A DNA stretch of 64,000 nucleotides from Sphaerodactylus townsendi (GCF_021028975.2 NC_059430.1:114576001-114640000), one strand, 5' to 3'. Positions 25,128 to 35,610 are shown, counted from the stretch's first letter. Made by a program: numbers and translations. Notes: generated by a model from the letters alone, not told the origin.

Positions 25128-26170
25128 CTAAAAGAGATCAGCAGTGAAATGATAAGCAGCTGCATTTCCAAGTGGTTCTACATCTCCATAACTTCCCACG
25201 ATTTTCTCTGGCAAAAAAAAAGGGGGGAGGGAGCATCGTAACAGATATTATTGTGGCAAGAAATTACTAGCACGACACCTATGTTCGTCTTCCTAGAATT
25301 ACATGTAAGGTCATTAAACAGATATTCTTCTCTCTTTCTCTTATGGGTGAGGCTGAGAAATCAACAGGGGTCTTGACAAATGAAATGCCTTAGAAAACCA
25401 TTCCCATTCCAAGAAAGGAAGTTGTACTGCTCTACACGTGGGCTACAGGGATAACAGTTTATATACATATAAGAGCTCCACCAAACATAACACCCTCCCC
25501 AATAAGTGAAAAAACACCATAAGAAACGGGTGGGTCCTCTTTTTCTGCTGCACTCAATAGAATGCCTGTAATAAATAGCTGTTTACAAGGGTTTTGCAAG
25601 GGTTTCTGCACATTCAGCAACTCAGGCAGAAGGAGTGATGAAGATGTTTTCCCTTATCCACGTAAAAAAGGTACACAAAGTGAATGCTGGAACTAGAAAT
25701 CAAAGAGGTAGTTCCTATTGGCATGGAAGAAAGCATCTGCTATGAACTGGACCTGGCCTGTCAAATGAACAGTTCTCAAATAGCCTGTCAGTAGTGGGCA
25801 TCATACATTATATAGCAGCATGGTAATAATAACAACAGTTATGTGCCATCAAGTAACAACTGACTTATGGCAACTGCAGGACTACAGTGTTTTCAAGGCA
25901 GGAAAAGAGGAGGGGTGTTTCGCTACTGCCTTCCTCTGCATAGCAACTCCAGTCTTTCATGGTGGTCTCCCACCCAAGTACTACTGTGGCTGATCTTGCT
26001 TAACTTCCAAGCTCTGATAAGCTCAGGCTAGCCAGTACTATTCATGCTGCCACTAGTAGGACCAGCATTGTACAAATAAAAAATCCAGTGTCTGTCCCAA
26101 ATGCATTTTAAATCAAACAAGCAAACAGCCAGAAGGCCTAGCAGAATTGTAGTATGAAGACAATTCCTAC

Positions 26171-26272
26171 CTCAAATGGATTCAGGTTGAAATAGGATGC
26201 TCCAGGCCTAGTAAGCCTCTCGATCTGATTTTTTGATGTTAAGACAGAGTCTCGTTTTTCTATTTGTTTCAC
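26171..26272 (-). CDS. DNAJC8: DNAJC8 exon 2 (VKQIEKRDSVLTSKNQIERLTRPGASYFNLNPFE)
   Basis: AG/GT bounded, 102 nt, translation near-identical to vertebrate DNAJC8. Confidence 0.97.
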
Positions 26273-26700
26273 CTGCAACGTCAGATCCTCTGTTAATAAC
26301 ACCTACAAAGCTAGCTGATGACATTAATGGACAGTAGATTCAGGAAAGGGAAAAAGATACTACTTTACATATTGAACAATGAATTTTACAAATAGTTCTG
26401 TGGGTTAATTTTACTCAAGTCAAGATGGAACTTTAAAGGCTAACAACACTTATTCCAACATGTGTTTTTGTTAGTCTGAACTTGCTGCATCAAATGTGTG
26501 TAGTGGACATCCATGGAAATTTATTTTACATTTATCCACTCTGTGCATCTGATGCAGTGTACTTTTACTCACAAAAGCTCAAGACAGAATAAGGTGCCCC
26601 TGGATCTCTGCCAAACAGGATTAAGGAACTTGTGGAGCTCAGCGCCACACGCCGAATAAACAGTCAATTAAGCTTTAAAGAAGTGATTGGGCAAGTTTAT

Positions 26701-27017
26701 AGAAGTAGAAGAAAAGAGTTTGGATGTATACCTCACCTTTCTCTCCAATAAGGAATTTCAAGGCAGCTTACAAACTCAAAGGAACTTACAACTCCTTCCC
26801 TTCCTCTCCCCACAACAGACACCTTGTGAGGTAGGTGGGGCTGAGAGAGTTCTGAAAGAACTGTGACTAGCCCAAGGTCACCTAGCAGGCTTTATATGTA
26901 GGAGCAGGGAAACAAATCTGGTTAACCATATAAGAGTCCACTGCTCATGTGGAAGAGTGGGGAATCAAACCCGATTCTCCAGATTAGAGTCCAGTGCTCT
27001 ACAACACCACACTGGCT
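26701..27017 (-). mobile_element. Squam3-like SINE
   Basis: Same family consensus. Confidence 0.82.
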
Positions 27018-27128
27018 GCCTAAAAGAACACAATACCACACTGGCTCCCTAAAAGAAAGATTTATTAATGGTGAGTGGCCATGATCCTACACCCAGGAAC
27101 AGAATCTCTCTGAATACTCCCTACGTTT

Positions 27129-27416
27129 AACAACAAGAAGAAGAGTTTAGATTTATATCCCCCCCTTTCTCAAGGGGCTTACAATCTCCTTGCCCTTCCC
27201 CCCTCACAACAAACACCCTGTGAGGCAGTGGGGGCTGAGAGATCTCTGAAGAGCTGTGACTAGCCCAGGGTCACCCAGCTGGCATGTGCTGGAGTGCACC
27301 AACTAATCTAGTTCCCCAGATAAGCCAGCACAGATCAAGTGTCAGAGCGGGGAATCAAACCCGGTTCCCCAGATTAGAGTGCACCTGCTCTTAACCACTA
27401 CACCGCGCTGGCTCTC
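27129..27416 (-). mobile_element. Squam3-like SINE
   Basis: Same family consensus. Confidence 0.85.
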
Positions 27417-27479
27417 ATAGGATGAAAGAGCATGGTGGAGAGCTAAATGTAGAAGTGCCTTGGACTGAAAAGCTTTCAG

Positions 27480-28180
27480 TACCGGCCACACTCAGACGCG
27501 AGCCTGGCCCGCTCCCAAAACCAAAATCCACCAATTTCAGAAGCCAATTTCTGCCATGGCAACGACCGAAACAGGGGGACTAGACCCTTCCCTGCCCCAG
27601 GGAGAGAGACCAGGGCTTCCAGGCAGGCCTCCTCGCTCAGAGTCGGGCCCGCAGCTCATCCAAGAAAGGCAGAAATGGGAGACGGGGGGGCAAAGAGCGA
27701 CGGCGAACCGGCCGCGGGGGCGGGGCTCGGATCCCACTTGATACCTCGGAGTAGAAGGTGAGAAACGCCTCTTCGGCGCCGCCTCCAGCTTCTCGCTCGC
27801 CCGGAGCCGCCATCTTTTGCGCCACGTGACCTTTGCCCCTCCCGCCACGTGACGCGGTTCCGAAGGCGTCATCGGGATAACGTTCTCCCTCCACCTCTCT
27901 CGCTCTTCCCCCCCTTTCCTGTCTTCCTCTTTGACGACGCCTATGTTCACAAAACACTTCCGATCCCCTATCGACGCGGATTTACATTAGACCTGTCGGT
28001 TGGCTTTCGTAATGCGAGGCCTAAAGTAGCACCTAGAAATAGGGTTTGCTAAGAGAGGCGGAGGATGGCCTCCTTGTCCTTGGCCCAAATCAAAAGCCGC
28101 CCTCCCGCCCCAAAAACCCCTGTTTGATGCAGTTTTGATGGCTCGTAAACCAAGGAAGCCGGAGCGTCGGTTTTTAACCG
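27480..28180. promoter_or_regulatory. DNAJC8 CpG-island promoter with two GTCACGTGGC E-boxes and a YY1-type motif over the ATG
   Basis: CpG-rich; GCCACGTGAC at 27821-27830 and 27844-27853; GCCGCCATCTT overlapping the start codon. Confidence 0.75.
27745..27813 (-). CDS. DNAJC8: DNAJC8 coding exon 1 (MAAPGEREAGGGAEEAFLTFYSE)
   Basis: ATG at 27813-27811 in AAGATGGCG context; matches DNAJC8 N-terminus (EEAFxTFYSE); GT donor at 27744; 69 nt. Confidence 0.96.
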
Positions 28181-28644
28181 GAAATTTAAACTTAGTTTGT
28201 ATGAAACATGCAGTCTTCATATGTTTCTAACTCAATGGGCGGCTCCAGGTTTTTCAAAACAAAGCAGAAGTCGAGTGGCGCTATTTTATTTTGTATTAAA
28301 CATTGCATATTATTACCTACATTGCGTATTGCTTAAAACGATTGTTGTAGACTACCTATCTTTGCTGTGTTGGTTCTCTGATCTTGTATGGCAATAAATA
28401 TTGAACTGAGTGGCAATTTAAATTTGAAAGGCTTCAGGAACACCAGGCATTAATGATGCGTGTGCTGTCTAGGCCCCGCTGCAGGCGCGCCCGGCGCCCC
28501 GCTCCCCTCGCGCTCTTCTGAGCTCCCTGGCCCGAGCAGGGCGCCGCGCGCCTCAGGCAACCACCGGGCGGCTTCCTGCGCCACGCCCCGCGCGTCGGCC
28601 AATCGGCGCCCAGCACCCAACCCACGGTGCTCGGGAGAGCCGAC

Positions 28645-29028
28645 CCCTTTCCCGGCGCCCCTCCCCCGGACCACGGCCCCCTGAGCCTGCCGTGGTTAGA
28701 AGGGCGTTGCCACCGTTATAGCGATCATTGTATCGATCGATATACAGATCGGTATAGCGATCGGTATAGCGATCGGATTTGATTCCTTGAGGGGATCGAT
28801 CGTTCATTGGAAGCGATCGTTGGTATCGGATGAGCCATGTACTCGATCGCTTATACCGTGGATCGGTTATGCCTCTCGATCGGTATTATTACATATCGAT
28901 ACATGATCAGATAACCGATCGTTGTATCGATTGCTATAACGATCGCTATAACGATCGTTATAATGGTGGCAACGGCCCTTCTAACCACCGCAGGCTCAGG
29001 GGGCCGTGGTGGGGGAGCGGAAAAGGGG
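28645..29028. repeat. Foldback palindrome: GC-rich inverted arms enclosing a 12-bp-period CGATCG-NTATAN array
   Basis: Left arm CCACGGCCCCCTGAGCCTGCCGTGGTTAGAAGGGCGTTGCCACCGTTATAGCGATC matches the reverse complement of 28953-29009; GATC at 28723/735/747/759/771 and 28905/917/(929 GATT)/941/953. Confidence 0.92.
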
Positions 29029-29976
29029 CTGCTGCCAGTGTCAGCACAGTATCAGCTGTCTGAGAACGTTATAACAATGCTTAGAACCATGAGAATTAGA
29101 ACCTGAGAAATGGGGGGGGGGAGGTCGGCGCTTGTAATTCATGACTTTGGCCACCGGAGGGCAGCAGCGGCCCCCCTGCCCAAAGAGACTCCGACGACAC
29201 GCCACAACCTGGACGTGCGGCTTCGTGTGAAGGCGGCGCCTGGGAAAGGCCGCCCTGGGTTCTCGGCTCTATCGTCCAAACGGGCTGCCAGCTCAACGAG
29301 GCTTGGGAAGTTAGCGGAATCACCCCATCACATCCACCTGAATCACAAGATTTAGTTGTTGAACACTGAATATAATCTAGTTTTATAAAGTTAATATATA
29401 GTCTCCACACTTGAATATTAGATGATTTTAAAATACACTTTTATATTCCTAATATACTTTTATAAAATGTTAAAAGAAAGTATGTGGAACGGCCTGGCTC
29501 CAGGGTAAGAAAAGTTAAAAGCCTGCTATTGGATGGAATGCAGGAGAGATGGGAGTATGATGCTTATCATATCGCATTTGATTTGTGTATTTCTTATGTT
29601 TGTCGGTAAAAGCACACCTGCTCTAAGATAATGAGCTAGCAGAAGAAAAGGTCAAGGGTTAGAAGGGAATAATAGGTAATGTAGTCGTTTATAATCTTGT
29701 TTTTATATTTGAATGCTTTTATATTTTAGCTAATAATGAAACGTAAAGAATATGTTAATCACTCACGTTCAATGTATGTATCCTAAGTATGTTATATAGG
29801 CATTGAATGTTTCATGTGTAATGAATCTTTGTATAATCCTTTAATATGGTCAAAAGAAAATGTCTTTCAGTTTGAAGTGTAAAACATTTTGCCTCTCTGC
29901 AGAAGACCCTAATCAGTAAGATGGTGCTAGTAGGAGCTGTCCAGCAGAAACTCCATTTAGAAAATCTGATTGGGCT

Positions 29977-30848
29977 TCATAAGAACATAAGAACTAGCCT
30001 GCTGGATCAGACCAGAGTCCATCTAGTCCAGCATTCTGCTACTCGCAGTGGCCCACCAGGTGCCTTTGGGAGCTCACATGCAGGATGTGAAAGCAATGGC
30101 CTTCTGCTGCTGCTGCTGCTCCTGAGCACCTGGTCTGCTAAGGCATTTGCAATCTGAGATCAAGGAGGATCAAGATTGGTAGCCATAGATTGACTTCTCC
30201 TCCATAAATCTGTCCAAGCCCTTTTTAAAGCTATCCAGGTTAGTAATATCACCTCACCCTCCTGTGGCAGCATATTCCTAAACACCAATCATTGACATTG
30301 AAAGTGAAGAAGTGTTTCCTTTCTCTATTAGTCCTGCACTCCTTCCCCAGCATTTTCCCATGAATGCCCCCCTTGGTTCTAGTATTGTGAGAAAGAGAGA
30401 AAAAATTTCTCTCTGTCAACAACATTTTCTACCCCATGCATAATTTTTTTTATAGACTTTCCAATCATATCCCCCCTCAGACGTCTCCTCTCCAAACTAA
30501 AGAGTCCCAAACGCTGCAGCCTCTCCTCATAAGGAAGGTGCTCCAATCCTTCAATCATCATCCCTCAAGGTTGCCTCTTAATCTGCACTTTTTCTATCTC
30601 TTCGATATCCTTTTTGAGATGTGGTGACCAGAACTGAACACAGTAGTCCAAGTGCGGTCGCACCACTGCTTTATATAAGGGCATGACAATCCTTGCAGTT
30701 TTATTATCAACTCCTTTCCTAATGATCCCCAGCATAGAGTTTGCCTTTTTCACAGCTGCCATGCATTGAGTTGACATTCCCATGGAACTATCAACTAAGA
30801 CGCCCAAATCCCTTTCCTGGTCTGTGACTGATAGCACTGACCCCTGTA
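29977..30848 (-). mobile_element. CR1 LINE 3' fragment, same subfamily as 5752-6362
   Basis: ERDLGVLVDSS...KANSMLGIIRK...VRPHLDYCVQFWSP; 3' end nearly identical to the 5752 copy. Confidence 0.93.
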
Positions 30849-31009
30849 CTTCCTAGGCCTCTAGCTAATGTATAACCAAAGGAGCAGAAATAACTGTTTG
30901 TCCTGAATATATTTTTATTGACTTATATCTTATATGTTAACCCAAATATAAAGAAACATTTTAAAGTCTTTTTCTAAGATGCTCCTGAAGCCTGGATTCA
31001 ATAGTTATC

Positions 31010-31770
31010 TACAGTAAAGGAATGTGGGGGCCTCAGACCAAGAAGGTCTAAGTTCCTGTGTCAAGAGTCACCTGCTTTTAGAAGGCCCTTAGATTAGCCT
31101 AATGAGCTTGTTAAGGGGTGTTTGAAATATGATGGCATCTTCACAGTAAGATAAGACGTGGCAGGTGCGATATATATCAAGAAGACACTAATGAAAGGTT
31201 GACAACTGAAGAGAAGCAGGTACTAATTACAGGAAATGACCGTATAGAGATGTATGTAATTGAAGGAGATACCACATGGTATATGACCAGAGGTGGGATC
31301 CAACCAGTTCTTACCACTTCTCTAGAAGTGGTTACTAATTTTTTCTGAGTGCCGAGAAGGGGTTACTAAAGCAACCTCCCTGCCCAATAGGGACTGGAGG
31401 GGCGTGTGTGCGGCGGCGCCACTGTTTGAATCCCACCACCATCAGAACCTGTTATTAACTTTTTTGGATCCCACCACTGTATATGACATATGCCTAGAAT
31501 CTATTCTAGAATCTAGAATATGCCTAGAATCTAGGCCCTAGATGAATTGTAATAGGCTGTGGCCCTCTCATCTCCTAGCCAATGGAGAAGTGAGGGAGGG
31601 GTTGGGTGGTCCTGAAAAAGAAATATAAACTGTTGTAAAACAAAGGAAGGGTCTGCCCACCACTGGGTGGACACCCGGGCTTGCAAGTTTGTAAACCAAT
31701 AAAAGCTTTGTTGCCTGCTTCACCAAATTGGCCCAGTGTTTTTGGGATTCTTAGACCCACATTTCTAACA
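31010..31770 (+). mobile_element. Probable solo LTR (5' boundary uncertain), interrupted by a hAT MITE
   Basis: Ordered CCAAT (31579), TATAAA (31624), AATAAA (31698), ending ...CTAACA at 31770. No TSD found. Confidence 0.5.
31288..31479. mobile_element. hAT MITE, shorter relative of 21912-22429 in the opposite orientation
   Basis: Same TIRs; perfect 8-bp TSD TATATGAC. Confidence 0.92.
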
Positions 31771-33169
31771 CCCCTTTGCCTGATAGCCTCCCTTACTCTG
31801 AACAGGGACTGTTTGCTATTGCCTGCCTCTGTGTAGCGACCCTGGACTTCTTGGGTGGTCTCCTGCTCCAGTACCAACCAGAGCTGACCCTGCTTAACTC
31901 CTGAAATCTGAGGGCTATCCATGTCAAGGCAGAATACACATGGACTGCTCTGTCTTCCAACGGCTTATTGCATTAACAATGCAAAGCATGCGGTCAGAAA
32001 TGTTCCCCTGATTCAGTGGAGCGTAATATATGCCTGTCTATTGTAATATTAGTGATTTTAAAGTATAATCATAAGAATATATGTGTGTCACGTTGTTTAA
32101 TTCTCCCTTGCACAAAAACATTTCCTGAAAAAAGTAAATGAAATGGGATAGGAAGGATATTGAGAATTTCATCCCTACTTTAACTTTCCAATTGTGGGGA
32201 GTTTCTACATGTCACACCCTGAAATGATATTCCCTTTTCATGTCTCTGTCTTTTCCCAATCTCTGTCCTTTTTGGGGTAGAGATGGCAAGTGACTTTGAA
32301 TTATATTAATAAGAAATGGTGTGGAGGGAGCAGCAGCTCTATAGTGAAGCTGATGCTTACTGAGTTTTTAACATGGTCAATTCCACACAGCAAATGTATA
32401 ATGGGTTGCAGTCATAAAGGAACACATTTTCCTTTTTCCTGTTCACATGTGTGCTGTGCAGGCAGCAATTGGAGCCCATGGAAACAATCCAGATTGCTTT
32501 CACACCTGTGCATGTACACTCTTCTCTCTCTTTTAATTTCCTGAAATGCTTGCATACCTGTACAGGCATACAGAAATGAACCCCCACAGCCATGCCGATT
32601 GATCCAGAATACGATTGGCTGCACCTGCGTAACTGCGCATGTGCAACACACACAAAATAGTTTTAAAAGAGAAAGGAACCTCCCTGCAATGGCAGGGCAA
32701 TAATGCACATATTGCTGAGGCAAACGGATTCTCCCTGACTGTGAACGGTGCAGTGGAAGGGCGGGAAATAAAGCGCCTCCTGCCTGGCCATTTGCGCAGG
32801 AGCAGCTGCAACCCTGGATTTTGCAAAAGAATTGCTGGCTTAGTGATTTTTGAAAATCCCAGGTTAAGGGAGATAAAATGGGGCAGACTCTTTTTGGGGA
32901 CGGAACCTGTGCAAAGTCTTCCCCTCCGTGTTGTACATTTGCCCTTTGCAGAATCCACCTTCGTGTATAAAAATAATGCTGTGTATTTAATGCATTTTGC
33001 TGGCTTTTTATTGTGTCGCAAACGGTTTGGGACATTGTAGTTGAATGCTGGTTTCGACTAAGTGAAACAAAGCTTCCAATCTTATAAACATTTACTTGAA
33101 CATAAACCCCGTTGAGCTCAAGCATACATGAGTAAAAAAGTTTCAGAAAGAGTCCATGATGGTCTGCAG

Positions 33170-33467
33170 TAGTAGAAGAAGATGATTTTGGATTTATACC
33201 TTGCCTTTCTTTCCTATAAGGAAACTCAAGATGGCTTGCTAATTCCTTTCCCCTCTTCTCCCACAATGTACACCTTGTGAGGGAGGTGGGGCTGAGAGAG
33301 AACTGAGACAAGCGCAAGGTCACCCAGCAGGCTTCATGTGTAGGAGTGGGGAAACAAATTCAGTTCATCAGATAAGAGTCCACCACTCATGTAAAGGCAT
33401 GGGGAATCAAACCTGGTTCTCCAGATTAGAATCCACTGCTCTTAACCACTAGGCAACTCTGCCTCTC
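33170..33467 (-). mobile_element. Squam3-like SINE
   Basis: Same family consensus. Confidence 0.8.
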
Positions 33468-34029
33468 CAGAACAGCTAGATTCAAGTCCAGTAGCACTTA
33501 GAGACCGAGAAGATTTTGGGGGTATAAGCTTTTGAGAGTTAGACAAATAAATGTATACTCCCAAAATCTTGTTAGCCTCTAGGTCCTACTGGACTCAAAA
33601 ACATGCTGCGAACACGTTTGAACGTCCTCTGCCCAGGGATTGTTTTACCTCCAACACCACGACCTGCTTTCGATTCTACACCTTCATTTAAGGCAGTGAT
33701 GGCGAACCGTTTGGGTTCAGCTTGTTAAAAATGTGGAAAATGCCCAACTTGACTCCTTTGGTGATTCTCCACTCCCCACTCCCCAACAAAAGAGAAGCAA
33801 TTATTTGCACATTCATTTATTCAGCAAATAAAAAATACAGTCCAATCATGAGTGGTGCTATGCATTATATAAAGAAATGCCAAACAGTTGCAAAAATGAC
33901 TCCGACTCAAACAGGAAGAATAGTGTTGGTGAATCCAGGTGTCCGTGTCACCCAAAGCGTCACCTTTGACAGATTTGTCATAGGTTCACCATCACTGGTT
34001 GATGGTTTGTAAGTCGCTCTAGCCCCACC

Positions 34030-34111
34030 CTCCACTGCCTCTCTATGCTCTGTCTGCCTCACGACCTTCTCTCCGCTGCCTCTCTATGCTCTGTCTGCCT
34101 CACGACCTTCT
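34030..34111. repeat. 41-bp tandem duplication in the ATP5IF1 promoter
   Basis: CTCC[A/G]CTGCCTCTCTATGCTCTGTCTGCCTCACGACCTTCT x2, one mismatch. Confidence 0.95.
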
Positions 34112-34269
34112 CCAGACGGTCGTCCATTGCCCCGCCTCCTCTTCTTCCCGTGCCCTGATTGGCCCTTACCCTCTCTCCCCTAATGCCCCTCCTCGTCCGC
34201 TGTCACTCCGGAAGGAGTCTCCTGCGCTGGGAGGCGTGGCTTCCCATCTCCGCCAAGGGCAGACCTGAG

Positions 34270-34368
34270 ATGGCTGCGGTGGGGCTGTCTCTGAGGAGCT
34301 GCTTGCGGGGCGCGCTGGCATTGCCGGGCCAACAGCGGGCGTGGAACTCGGGTTCCGGCGCCGACCAG
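34270..34368 (+). CDS. ATP5IF1: ATP5IF1 exon 1 (mitochondrial presequence MAAVGLSLRSCLRGALALPGQQRAWNSGSGADQ)
   Basis: ATG in GAGATGG context, Arg/Leu/Ser-rich presequence, CAG|GTACGG donor, 99 nt. Confidence 0.9.
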
Positions 34369-34531
34369 GTACGGCGAGGCCCGCTCCCCTTTCCCTGAGG
34401 TTCGGGCCGGGAGGATTTGCCTGACCCCCGGGTAAGGAGGAAGAGGCGAGCCCTGCGGGGTGCGAGGAGGGGGCCGCGGCGGCCGGTGCGGTTCCTCCTC
34501 CTCCTTCCCGTCCTTTTCTCTTTCTCCTCAG

Positions 34532-34644
34532 TTAGGCGAGCTGGGCAAAGGTGCGGGCAAAGGCGGCGGAGGCGGCGGGACGATCCGTGAAGCTGGCGGC
34601 TCCTTCGGGAAACGGGAGGCGGCCCTGGAAGAGCGTTATTTCAA
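34532..34644 (+). CDS. ATP5IF1: ATP5IF1 exon 2 ([38 protein letters not shown]), inhibitory domain
   Basis: Strong pyrimidine tract plus CAG; IF1 signature IREAGGxFGKRE...EERYF; 113 nt. Confidence 0.96.
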
Positions 34645-35610
34645 GTAGGCGCCTCTGGCTGTGGTTCAGGAAAGGCTTGGGCTTGTGAACTGGGCAGGCT
34701 TGTCTCACTGGAAAGGCGGTGGGACTGTCAGCCTTCTGGGGCTTTCGCTGCGCTAAATTGCTTCGTCTTCCCCATGCATCAAAGTGTCTGTATTTCCTCC
34801 TTTGCTTTAAGTAAATTGGTTGTAAGGGCACAGGAAGAGCGCGTTTGGATCAGGCCAGGGGCCCATCTAGGCTGGCTTGCTGTTTAGTTCATGCGATTGC
34901 CCTGGAGCACAGGTGTCAAACTCGTGGCCCTCCAGATGTTCATGAACTACAATTCCCATCAGCCCTTGCCAGTATAACCAATGCTCATGTTGGAAGGGAC
35001 TGATGGGAATTGTAGTTCATGAACATCTGGAGGGACGACGAAGTAAGGCAGAGAGAATGAGGATCACCCCTGCTGCTGCAGCCTTTCAGCACTAGTAGCC
35101 AGTTCTCTCTATATGGGGGCTTATGGCTATTAGTCTTGAATATGTTGCAAAACTGCATGTTCTCCAATACATTGGTTTATGGTATTTTGGTCTGGTGAGT
35201 GGTAACCTTCAAAAAAGGCTTTTTCTGGCACCCAGATTCCATTTTTGTGTACTTTAAGGCCAGGGTAGCCCAATCTATGCCTATGAATGATAATAATAAT
35301 AGTCCTGAATGATTGAATAAATAATATTTAAATGAATGAATAATATTACACTCCAGAGGGCTTTCTGGTGGCGTGGGGAGGGTGAAACCTCCTGAAAACT
35401 GCGCTGCCAGAAAGCCCTCCAGTGGGCTTAATGGAGTTAAACCACCTGAAAAGTGGTATAAGTCCATGGCTGTGGTGTAAATGGCCGCAAATCCAGGGTG
35501 GAAGCCAACTAATATCTGCTCCACCCCTTGGTCATTTAATCCTCTTCATCAAGGGGGTTCATAAACAGGGACTTTTGCAAACTCAATCATAGCTCCAAAC
35601 ATTGTTGTCC

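Larger units (their letters stand above)
34020..34660. promoter_or_regulatory. ATP5IF1 CpG-island promoter (CCAAT, GC box, ETS/GABP-like CCGGAAG)
   Basis: CTGATTGG near 34155, CCCCGCC near 34130, CCGGAAG near 34208; CpG-rich through exon 2. Confidence 0.7.

Noticed and set aside
26540-26595. Additional hammerhead-like Penelope remnants (also near 2915-2955 and 20810-20850)
   Set aside because: Too degenerate: both core motifs are altered, so no fold can be supported.
27737-27744. DNAJC8 intron 1 donor GTATC as a U12-type site
   Set aside because: Reads GTATCAAG, not GTATCCTT; no U12 branch point near the acceptor.
28715-28960. CRISPR array or bacterial (HIP1-like GCGATCGC) contamination
   Set aside because: No repeat-spacer architecture, no cas or bacterial genes, and the segment sits colinearly between vertebrate genes and TEs.
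28553-29063. Mirror-image ORFs with DRY(T/N) repeats
   Set aside because: By-products of the 12-bp palindromic DNA repeat; no splice or homology support for a protein.
32412-33323. 303-aa ORF on the - strand (longest in the ORF track)
   Set aside because: Starts inside a SINE with a non-ATG codon, runs through repeat-like DNA and shows no recognisable domain; most likely a chance ORF.
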